Part shown: positions 25,767 to 33,637 of the stretch, one piece after another
How positions within the stretch are numbered: the stretch's first letter is position 1
Layout of the letters: every line of letters starts with the position of its first letter
Source of the DNA: Escherichia phage vB_EcoS_NBD2
Sequence record: NC_031050.1
Length of the DNA stretch: 51,802 nt
Reading direction: 5' to 3' (one strand)
Translations under genes and position numbers: made by a program
The notes under the pieces: model-generated
Told to the model about the DNA's origin: nothing
The model's database searches: none
The model's input: only the letters and a program-made list of their open reading frames with translations

Positions 25767-28700
25767 ATGAAAAATAACATGATAGTGACAGGCCGGAAGG
25801 GTGGAAGCAGCAAGCCGAAAACCCCAAAGGAAATGGAAGATAATTTAATCTCCATTAACAAAATCAAGGTATTGCTAGCCGTTTCAGATGGCGAGTGCGA
25901 TCCAGATTTCTCGCTGAAAGATCTGTATTTGAATGACGTTCCGGTGATCGCGCCATCCGGCGAAGAGAACTACAAGGGAATCATTGCAGAGTTTCGCCCA
26001 GGTACGCAGACGCAGGATTACATTAAGGGCTTCACCGACACCGCCAGCGAAATTACAGTTTCGCGAGTGATTAAGGCCGATAACCCTTACATCATCGCCG
26101 TTACCAATAAAACGCTTTCGGCTATCAGAATCAAGATCCTTGCCCCGCGCATGGTATACACCGAATCCGATGGCGATATGGTTGGCACCAAAGTTGAATA
26201 CGCGGTTGATATGGCGATTGATGGCGCAACTTATCAGCAGGTGTTTAAAGACACGATCGACGGAAAAACAATGTCGGGTTACGACAGAAGCAAGCGCGTA
26301 GACCTGCCAGCTTTCAACGATCAAGTGTTGCTGCGAGTTCGCCGCATTACGGCTGATTCAACGGATGCGCGCCGCGTTGATGAAATTCAGGTTCAGTCTT
26401 ACGCCGAAGTGATTGATGCCAAGTTCCGCTATCCCCTGACGGGTTTAGTTTACGTTGAGTTTGATTCTGAAATGTTCCCGCAGATGCCGAACATTTCCGT
26501 TAAAAAGAAATGGAAACTTGTTAACGTTCCGAGCAACTACAACCCTGTTTTGCGCGAATACGTTGGCACATGGGATGGCGTATTCAAAAAGGCGTGGACG
26601 AATAACCCAGCGTGGGTGCTGTACGATTTGATCACCAATCAGCGCTACGGACTCGATCAAAGAGAGTTAGGCATCGCGGTTGATAAGTGGAGCCTTTACG
26701 ACGCAGGCCGATATTGTGATCAGATGGTTCCAGACGGAAAGGGCGGAACAGAGCCGCGCTATCTTTGTGATGTGGTTATTCAGTCGCAGATTGAAGCGTA
26801 TAACCTCGTGCGCGATATTTGCTCAATCTTCCGAGGTATGAGCTTTTGGAACGGTGAAAGCCTTTCCATCGTGATTGACAGGCCGCGCGAAGCGTCTTAC
26901 ATCTTCACGAATGACAACGTGGTTAACGGTTCATTCTCCTACACTTTCGCCAGTGAAAAGAGCATGTACACCACTTGCAACGTGACGTTTGACGATGAAC
27001 AAAACATGTATCAACAGGACGTTGAAGGCGTTTTTGATCTGGAAGCCTCCGTGCGATTCGGGCACAACCCGACGAGCATCACGGCGATCGGATGCACCCG
27101 CCGAAGCGAAGCAAACCGCCGAGGGCGCTGGATTCTGAAAACGAACTTGCGCAGCACAACGGTTAACTTTGCAACTGGTCTGGAGGGGATGATTCCGATG
27201 ATTGGCGACGTGATCGCAATTGAGGACAACCACTGGAGCAGCGGCAACAAGCTTTCTTTATCCGGTCGAGCGATGGAAGTTAGCGGCCTGCAGGTGTTTA
27301 CTCACTTCCGAGTTGATGCGCGCCCAGGTGATTTCATCATCGTAAACAAGCCTGATGGTAATCCGGTTCGCCGCACGATTTCGAACGTATCGGCAGACGG
27401 CAAAACGATTATGTTGAACGTTGGTTTCGGGTTTGATGTTAAGCCGAACGCAGTTTTCGCCATTGACCGCACAGACGTTACTTTGCAGCAGTACGTTGTT
27501 ACGCAGATCAGCAAGGGCGATGGAAGCGATGAGTTTTGCTATTCAATCACGGCGGTTGAGTACGACCCGAACAAATACGACGAAATCGACTACGGCGTAA
27601 ATATTGATGACCGACCGACAAGCATCGTTGATCCCGACAACATGCAGCCGCCTAAAAACATTCGCGTGTCGTCTTACTCGCGAGTTGTCCAGGGCATGAG
27701 TGTTGAAACGATGGTTATCGGCTGGGATAAGGCACCGTATTCGAGCACTTATGATGTGCAATGGCGCAAGGATAATGGCAACTGGAACAACGTTCCACGA
27801 ACCGCAAACAGTGAAGTTGAGATCGAAGGAATTTACTCCGGCAACTATCACGTGCGCGTGCGGTCAATCTCAAGCGGCGATAACATGTCTCCGTGGTCTG
27901 CGGTTGTATCGGTTGGCTTGACGGGCAAAGTTGGTGAGCCAGCAACACCAATTAACCTGACGGCTACGGATAACGAAGTGTTTGGGATTCGCGTTAAGTG
28001 GGGAATGCCTACTGGATCAGAGGACACGGCTTATATTGAGTTGCACCAATCGCCTGACGGCACGGCGCAGAATGCAAGCCTGTTAACTATGATTCCTTAC
28101 CCGCAGTATGAATACTGGCACTCAATACTTCCGGCTGGCTTCGTTGATTGGTATCGAATCCGCAGTGTTGACAGGATCGGGAATGTTTCGCAATGGACAA
28201 AGTTTGTGCGCGGCATGGCCTCTGATGACGTTGATCAGATCATGGACGTAATCAAGATTGACATTGAAAATTCCGAAGGGTTCAAGGAGCTTGCAGAAAG
28301 CACTATCGACAGCGCAAACAAGATTCGTGAGCAGGCGCAAACTGATATTCAGAACGCACTGGCTAACGATTACAATCTGATCTGGACTCGCAAGCAGAAC
28401 GGCAACCGCAAGGCCGAATACGGCAAGGCAGTTGAGCTTATCGCTACAGAAACAGAGGCGCGAGTTGCAGCAATCGAAGAGCTTAGGGCGAGCATTGGCG
28501 ACGATATCCAGGGGCAGATCATCACGCTACGCGAGGCGATCGCAACCGAGGAAGAAGCGCGAGTGAAAGCGGTTCAACAGCTTGATGTGAAATTCACAAA
28601 CGGCCTGGCAAGTGCAAACGCTAACATCGGCAGGCTTGATGAGGCGGTTGTTAACGAGCAGCAGGCGCGGGCGCAGGCGATCACCTCGCTTGATACGAAA

Positions 28701-29369
28701 TTCACAAAACAGGTTGGCGATCTGCGAACTGAAACGCAAGCGGCTATCACCCGCGTTGACAAGGCAATTGCAGACGAGGCGAGCGCGCGAGCAACGGCGA
28801 TCACTCAAGTTGAAGCCAAGACAACAACGGCGCAGAATACCGCGAACAACGCTAACCAAGCGGCGGGAAATGCACAGAATACCGCTAACCAGGCGGCAGC
28901 AACGGCAAGCCAAAAGCTTGACTCCTGGGTTAATGGCACGTCGATTGGCTCAAGCTATACGTTGAAGCTGGGCGTTAAGTACAATGGGGTTGACTACAAC
29001 GCCGGAATGAATATGCAGTTGGTTGGAACGGCAGCGGCACCGAAAGCGCAAATGCTGTTTGATGTTGACCGCTTCGCAGTGGGCAGAATCAGCGGCGGAA
29101 CGCTGGCGCAATTCCCGTTTGTTATCGAAGGCGCGCAAGTATTCATGCAGTCTGTTTTCATCAAAGACGGCTCGATCACAAACGCGAAAATCGGTAATGT
29201 GATTCAGTCAAACAACTATGTTGCAGGTCAGACAGGTTGGAAGATTGACAAAAACGGTAACTTTGAGCTTAACGGCAAGGCTGGCACAGGCCGGATGGTA
29301 ATTAGCAACAACATCATCCAGATCTATGACGCAAACAACCGCCTTCGTGTTCGTATGGGATTGTGGTAA
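25767..29369 (+). CDS. central tail fibre / host specificity protein (lambda J-like)
   Basis: 1200 aa after the I-like gene; long coiled-coil repeat segment in the C-terminal third. Confidence 0.75.
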   Translation: MKNNMIVTGRKGGSSKPKTPKEMEDNLISINKIKVLLAVSDGECDPDFSLKDLYLNDVPVIAPSGEENYKGIIAEFRPGTQTQDYIKGFTDTASEITVSRVIKADNPYIIAVTNKTLSAIRIKILAPRMVYTESDGDMVGTKVEYAVDMAIDGATYQQVFKDTIDGKTMSGYDRSKRVDLPAFNDQVLLRVRRITADSTDARRVDEIQVQSYAEVIDAKFRYPLTGLVYVEFDSEMFPQMPNISVKKKWKLVNVPSNYNPVLREYVGTWDGVFKKAWTNNPAWVLYDLITNQRYGLDQRELGIAVDKWSLYDAGRYCDQMVPDGKGGTEPRYLCDVVIQSQIEAYNLVRDICSIFRGMSFWNGESLSIVIDRPREASYIFTNDNVVNGSFSYTFASEKSMYTTCNVTFDDEQNMYQQDVEGVFDLEASVRFGHNPTSITAIGCTRRSEANRRGRWILKTNLRSTTVNFATGLEGMIPMIGDVIAIEDNHWSSGNKLSLSGRAMEVSGLQVFTHFRVDARPGDFIIVNKPDGNPVRRTISNVSADGKTIMLNVGFGFDVKPNAVFAIDRTDVTLQQYVVTQISKGDGSDEFCYSITAVEYDPNKYDEIDYGVNIDDRPTSIVDPDNMQPPKNIRVSSYSRVVQGMSVETMVIGWDKAPYSSTYDVQWRKDNGNWNNVPRTANSEVEIEGIYSGNYHVRVRSISSGDNMSPWSAVVSVGLTGKVGEPATPINLTATDNEVFGIRVKWGMPTGSEDTAYIELHQSPDGTAQNASLLTMIPYPQYEYWHSILPAGFVDWYRIRSVDRIGNVSQWTKFVRGMASDDVDQIMDVIKIDIENSEGFKELAESTIDSANKIREQAQTDIQNALANDYNLIWTRKQNGNRKAEYGKAVELIATETEARVAAIEELRASIGDDIQGQIITLREAIATEEEARVKAVQQLDVKFTNGLASANANIGRLDEAVVNEQQARAQAITSLDTKFTKQVGDLRTETQAAITRVDKAIADEASARATAITQVEAKTTTAQNTANNANQAAGNAQNTANQAAATASQKLDSWVNGTSIGSSYTLKLGVKYNGVDYNAGMNMQLVGTAAAPKAQMLFDVDRFAVGRISGGTLAQFPFVIEGAQVFMQSVFIKDGSITNAKIGNVIQSNNYVAGQTGWKIDKNGNFELNGKAGTGRMVISNNIIQIYDANNRLRVRMGLW

Positions 29370-29370
29370 T

Positions 29371-29399
29371 AAAAAAGGAGCCGAAAGGCTCCTTTTATT
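29371..29399. terminator. bidirectional intrinsic terminator (GGAGCC-gaaa-GGCTCC)
   Basis: A-run upstream and T-run downstream of hairpin between convergent genes. Confidence 0.7.
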
Positions 29400-29732
29400 T
29401 TAGATGATTTTGTTGGGATCTGGTAGGTAACGGGAAGTCTGTGATGCGATCATGTCATCGCGCCCCATCTTTCCTTTGCCAAAGGCGAACTTCATGGAGT
29501 AGTTGCCCTGGTCTTTGTAGCACATCACGCTAACGTTTTTTCGAAGGTGCTTATCGAAAATCACGTTGCTTGATTCCTGAATGGTGATTTCTTTATTCTG
29601 GCAATCAAGATTAAAAGTAACCTCGCCAGTTAGTGAGAGGCGGCTTGCATCAACCGGATAGCCAATATTAATGTTTAAAGCCATAGCATTTAAAGGCAAC
29701 AGGAAGAGCACAGCGAGCATGATTTTTTTCAT
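29400..29732 (-). CDS. secreted small protein (candidate superinfection exclusion or receptor-blocking protein)
   Basis: Signal peptide MKKIMLAVLFLLPLNAMA; RBS acgagga; lies just downstream of J on the opposite strand. Confidence 0.45.
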   Translation of the reverse strand: MKKIMLAVLFLLPLNAMALNINIGYPVDASRLSLTGEVTFNLDCQNKEITIQESSNVIFDKHLRKNVSVMCYKDQGNYSMKFAFGKGKMGRDDMIASQTSRYLPDPNKII

Positions 29733-29763
29733 TGGTACTTCCTCGTTTCGTTAAGTTGAAATG

Positions 29764-29806
29764 AGTATAGCCCCATTTGCGGGGCTTGTTTTAGCAATTC
29801 GTGCGG
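29764..29806 (-). promoter_or_regulatory. motif promoter on - strand (CCGCACgaaTTGCTAAAAC, 22 nt, TATACT)
   Basis: Reverse complement of 29788-29806 is the motif; -10 is reverse complement of 29764-29769. Confidence 0.45.
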
Positions 29807-30460
29807 TTAGTTGTAACCCTGGAATTTCGCGTATGGTATTTTGAGGTTTCCGCGACCGTTGAAGATTTCAGAGAAAGAGCGTTGGTTTCTTCTGATCCAG
29901 TATGTCTGCAACTGCGATCCCGTCCAGCGCATGAGGTTGCCGGAATAACCCTGAGTTTCTCCGTCGTCGCTCCATTCACCGTAACAGGCATCCCAGAGAA
30001 AGAAGGGGTTAAAACCTGGAGTCACGGAGGCAACGTTAGCCTCAAGGTTGAATGACGCCGGAACGTCAAGGAATCCCATTATTCGAGGCATTGTTGCGGC
30101 GCTAGCGGCAGTCCAAACAAGATTACCGGAAGCGTCGAATACGTCGAGATAGCCGGACGCAAGCGCCTTGTTTCTCGAAGTCCTGATTATCCTGATTGCG
30201 TTAGTGCTGAACATATCCGCGCCAGGGTAGCCCCACTGGTTATTACCTGTAAACTGAATCCAGGTTAGAAAACCATCCTTGCGCTTATCACCATCGCGAA
30301 GATTGCCAAGGGCTTTAACGTCGCCAAATGGCGTGCTTAGGCTGTAAGCCCCAACGTCAATTAGCGGCTGCGGAGTGTAGACGGAATCAAAGATCGTATG
30401 CTTTTGATCGGAGTTGATCAGGACAACACCAGCGTTATTAAGTACCTCAAAGCCTGACAT
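29807..30460 (-). CDS. hypothetical protein
   Basis: 217-aa ORF, first or second gene of a - strand operon from the 30.8-31.2 kb control region. Confidence 0.5.
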   Translation of the reverse strand: MSGFEVLNNAGVVLINSDQKHTIFDSVYTPQPLIDVGAYSLSTPFGDVKALGNLRDGDKRKDGFLTWIQFTGNNQWGYPGADMFSTNAIRIIRTSRNKALASGYLDVFDASGNLVWTAASAATMPRIMGFLDVPASFNLEANVASVTPGFNPFFLWDACYGEWSDDGETQGYSGNLMRWTGSQLQTYWIRRNQRSFSEIFNGRGNLKIPYAKFQGYN

Positions 30461-30468
30461 AAAGCCCC

Positions 30469-30777
30469 CTAGTTAAACACGTAAACTTCAATGGTAAGAG
30501 TCTGATCAACAAACGGGTTGCTTGTTGGCAGGTAAAGAACATCAACGCCGCCGTTTTTCGTCACGGCTGCATAGCTGGGTTTATACACAGCGCCAGCAGA
30601 TGCCACCATGACAACCGCGAACGAGTTGGCACCAGTCAGCCCAGCTACGTTGAAAGAAACCGCGCGAGTAGTTCGCGGGAATGATATGTTTTGCCGGACA
30701 ACAAAGCGCGTGCTGAAATCGCCAAGATCGACAACCAGGTTTCCGCTTGCATCCCAGGCTTGCAGGCCAGCAGGCAT
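30469..30777 (-). CDS. hypothetical protein
   Basis: 102-aa ORF with RBS ggagga upstream of ATG at 30777. Confidence 0.5.
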   Translation of the reverse strand: MPAGLQAWDASGNLVVDLGDFSTRFVVRQNISFPRTTRAVSFNVAGLTGANSFAVVMVASAGAVYKPSYAAVTKNGGVDVLYLPTSNPFVDQTLTIEVYVFN

Positions 30778-31179
30778 GGTGAATCCTCCATTCGTTTGAT
30801 TAAGTCGAAATCATACACCAGGGCGCAGGAAGAAGCAAAAATAACAGAGCGCCAGTTGTTCTATTTGTTATCGCTTGTTTCAGATTTGCGCCGGACAGTG
30901 TTTTGGCTACTTTTTGCACAGACTCACCCAGTGAAATAATACAATAATATCTATATATAATAAGGGTTTAGTAATAATCATCATTATTATATTACTCTGT
31001 TTGTTATACCTGTTATCGTTGTTTCACTATCTTTCCGTGTATCTGCAAAAATATTACTTGAGTGTTTTGTGTGGGTATTGTGGCAGATGCAAACACACAT
31101 ACCCCCCGCAGAAGGTGAAACATATTGAACAAATAGAACAGCGTTGATATTCAAGCATTTTTCTTGTTGCACGATAGCT

Positions 31180-31216
31180 ATAACAAGAAATAACACTTAT
31201 AACAGAATAAATAACA
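31180..31216. repeat. four direct ATAACA repeats at about 10-bp spacing
   Basis: ATAACA at 31180, 31190, 31199, 31211. Confidence 0.6.
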
Positions 31217-31244
31217 TTGACGAATCAAACCAATCGCGTATACT
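31217..31244 (+). promoter_or_regulatory. sigma70-like promoter TTGACG-16-TATACT for recombination operon
   Basis: Hexamers 31217-31222 and 31239-31244. Confidence 0.5.
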
Positions 31245-31276
31245 CCACCACATCAACCACAAGCGAGGATTTACAG

Positions 31277-32335
31277 ATGACACCTACCAAACCGCAAGCG
31301 GATTTTTTCTGGTTCACAAACGATGAAATGCCGAACGACTTTTATCACGATAAAGAAGCCTGGACGTTCGACTATGTTTCCGGTTCAAGCCTGGGTAAAA
31401 TTCACTCATCATGCCTGGCAAAGTGGCGCTTCGAAGAGAATGAGCCAACGGCGGCGCTGGAGTTCGGCACACAGGCGCACACCAACTTTGAAAGCAACGA
31501 GCTATTCGCATCAACCTACCGACGCGCCCCGTTCGTTGAAGATTTCAAGGATGCTATCACTTCGCAAGCAGCATTCGCGGCTAAATTGAAAAGCTTCGGC
31601 CTGACAGGTACAAGCGGGAAGCAATATCCAGAGCTTTGCAAAATATACGCTGATTGCGGTGAAGATCTTAACGTAATGTGGATTGAAGATCTGATCGCGC
31701 AATCAAAGGCGGCGCACGATGGCGTTGAGTTGGTAAAGGCCGAAGATTATGATGCCTGTGTTTCAATGCGTAAGGTGCTGGAGTCTATACCGGAATACGC
31801 ACAACTCATGAACGATCCGGCAGCGATGCACGAGCTTTCATTGTTCGGCAAAATAAACGGCGTGAACGTCAAAGTTCGCCTGGATTACTGCGCAACAATC
31901 AGCGATCCTGAAATGATTAAGTTGCTGGGCTATAACCCAGAGATTAACCCAGAGATTGTGCTGATTCTTGACTATAAGACAACGACCAGCGCCAACCCTC
32001 ACGAGTTCGATCGAAAGGCGTTTGATCTGGGCTATTACTTGAAGATGGCTTTGCAGCGTGATTTGTTTGTCAATGTGTTTGAAGAAACGCGCCCCGTCGC
32101 AGTTGTCCTACTAACCCAGGAAAAGAAAGCGCCATTCTTGCCTCTGGCTCGACCAATGACGAAAGAGCAGATCATTCACGGGCGCAAGCAGTACATGAGC
32201 GTTATTCACCAGTACGAGATCAGCAGCCGTGATGATGTTTGGCCTTCTTACGCAAACGGCGCGCCATTCGTTCACCTGCAAACGCCGGATTACATCAAGC
32301 GCCAACATCCTGATATTTACGGCGAAAACAAATAG
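31277..32335 (+). CDS. PD-(D/E)xK-family recombination exonuclease
   Basis: Motifs VRLDY and ILDYKTT consistent with PD-(D/E)xK nuclease core; ORF 31217..32335 trimmed to ATG 31277 (RBS gaggat); precedes Erf-like and SSB genes. Confidence 0.5.
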   Translation: MTPTKPQADFFWFTNDEMPNDFYHDKEAWTFDYVSGSSLGKIHSSCLAKWRFEENEPTAALEFGTQAHTNFESNELFASTYRRAPFVEDFKDAITSQAAFAAKLKSFGLTGTSGKQYPELCKIYADCGEDLNVMWIEDLIAQSKAAHDGVELVKAEDYDACVSMRKVLESIPEYAQLMNDPAAMHELSLFGKINGVNVKVRLDYCATISDPEMIKLLGYNPEINPEIVLILDYKTTTSANPHEFDRKAFDLGYYLKMALQRDLFVNVFEETRPVAVVLLTQEKKAPFLPLARPMTKEQIIHGRKQYMSVIHQYEISSRDDVWPSYANGAPFVHLQTPDYIKRQHPDIYGENK

Positions 32336-32403
32336 CACTAAAAGCTAAACAAAAAGAGGCTCATACGGTATAATGAGCCTCAATCAAACAAACAAAGAAG
32401 GTA

Positions 32404-33087
32404 ATGAAAATGCGCACATCAGAAACGTTTTCCACGGTAGCGAAGGCACTCATTGCGGCGAAGGCTGATTTTGCACTTGCTAAAAAGTCTGGGCACAACA
32501 AGCACCTGGGCAACAACTACGCCAACCTTGATGACGTGTTAGAGGCGATCACGCCGTCAATGAAAGAAAATAAATTGATGGTTATTCAATCGACGCTCGA
32601 TCGAAGCACGGAAAAGTTGATGTACATAGAAACGATGATTCTCCATGAATCAGGCGAGTTCATGGCGTTTGAGTATCAGATGCCGATCGAAGGAACGAAG
32701 GCGCAGCAGTACGGATCAACAACGTCCTACGGTCGCCGATATGCACTTTGCGCAGTGCTTGGCATTAGTCAGGCCGATGACGACGCAGAGATCGCAAAGC
32801 GCACCGCATCGGATTACAAGAAACTGGTTGAGGCCTGCGAAGATCTCGAAATGCTGGGCAAGATTCACGCAGACGCACGCAGCAAGTTGAGCGCGGCAGA
32901 ATGGAAGATTGCAGAAGGCCACTTGCAGAAGCGCAAAGCAGAATTGACGGCTGGAGCGCGTCGTGGCTTCCCAGGAAATGCGCATAAGCCAGAGGCGCAG
33001 CCGGAACCGCAGCCAGAAAAACAAGAGCCTAGCCAACCAGAGAAAAAGGTTGTAAACTCCGGTTCTGAAATCGAAAACTTCGGTTAA
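32404..33087 (+). CDS. Erf-like single-strand annealing protein
   Basis: Position between exonuclease and SSB; low-complexity Pro/Glu/Gln-rich C-terminal tail. Confidence 0.5.
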   Translation: MKMRTSETFSTVAKALIAAKADFALAKKSGHNKHLGNNYANLDDVLEAITPSMKENKLMVIQSTLDRSTEKLMYIETMILHESGEFMAFEYQMPIEGTKAQQYGSTTSYGRRYALCAVLGISQADDDAEIAKRTASDYKKLVEACEDLEMLGKIHADARSKLSAAEWKIAEGHLQKRKAELTAGARRGFPGNAHKPEAQPEPQPEKQEPSQPEKKVVNSGSEIENFG

Positions 33088-33130
33088 ATATTAACGGGGG
33101 CGAAAGCCCCCAATCACAGAGGAAAAGAAC

Positions 33131-33598
33131 ATGCCGCACACTATCACTGGCGAGATCCGAAAGGCTCCATACACCAAAGACGGAAGCAACAACAATGGGC
33201 GCTGGAAGATGTACGCCGTTGACCTGTCAGAGCGAATGAAAGTTAAGGTTGAAGGGCAGGAACAGACCGTTTACACCAACTACCGCGCAGTTTTCTTCGC
33301 TAACGAAAACATGCTCTCCTGGTACGATGAAGCGTTCCAGTTGGGCAAGGTTGTTTCAATCTCCTGCGACACGCTGAACATCACCAGCCGAGACAGCAAC
33401 GGCACTGTATACACCACCGCCGAAATGATCCGCCCGCAACTGGTATTTAGTCAACGCGGCGCGCAGCAGCAAAGCGGAGGAAACCATCAGGGCGGGAATC
33501 AGCAGCAACAAGGCTGGGGGCAACCGCAACAACCGCAGCAGCAAAACAACCCGCCACCGAATCGCGGAAATCAGTTTGATGACGATATCCCATTCTGA
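33131..33598 (+). CDS. ssb: single-stranded DNA-binding protein
   Basis: Gly/Gln-rich linker and acidic C-terminal tail ending DDDIPF. Confidence 0.8.
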   Translation: MPHTITGEIRKAPYTKDGSNNNGRWKMYAVDLSERMKVKVEGQEQTVYTNYRAVFFANENMLSWYDEAFQLGKVVSISCDTLNITSRDSNGTVYTTAEMIRPQLVFSQRGAQQQSGGNHQGGNQQQQGWGQPQQPQQQNNPPPNRGNQFDDDIPF

Positions 33599-33606
33599 TG
33601 GGGGTA

Positions 33607-33637
33607 AAAGAAAAGGAGCCTTTCGGCTCCTTTTTTT
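33607..33637. terminator. bidirectional intrinsic terminator (GGAGCC-tttc-GGCTCC)
   Basis: A-rich upstream, T7 downstream, between convergent ssb and tail fibre genes. Confidence 0.7.

Noticed and set aside
30691-31196. ORFs 30691..30939 (+) and 30987..31196 (-) in the AT-rich control region
   Set aside because: No RBS, low-complexity translations caused by AT richness, and the first overlaps the 5-prime end of a well-supported - strand gene.
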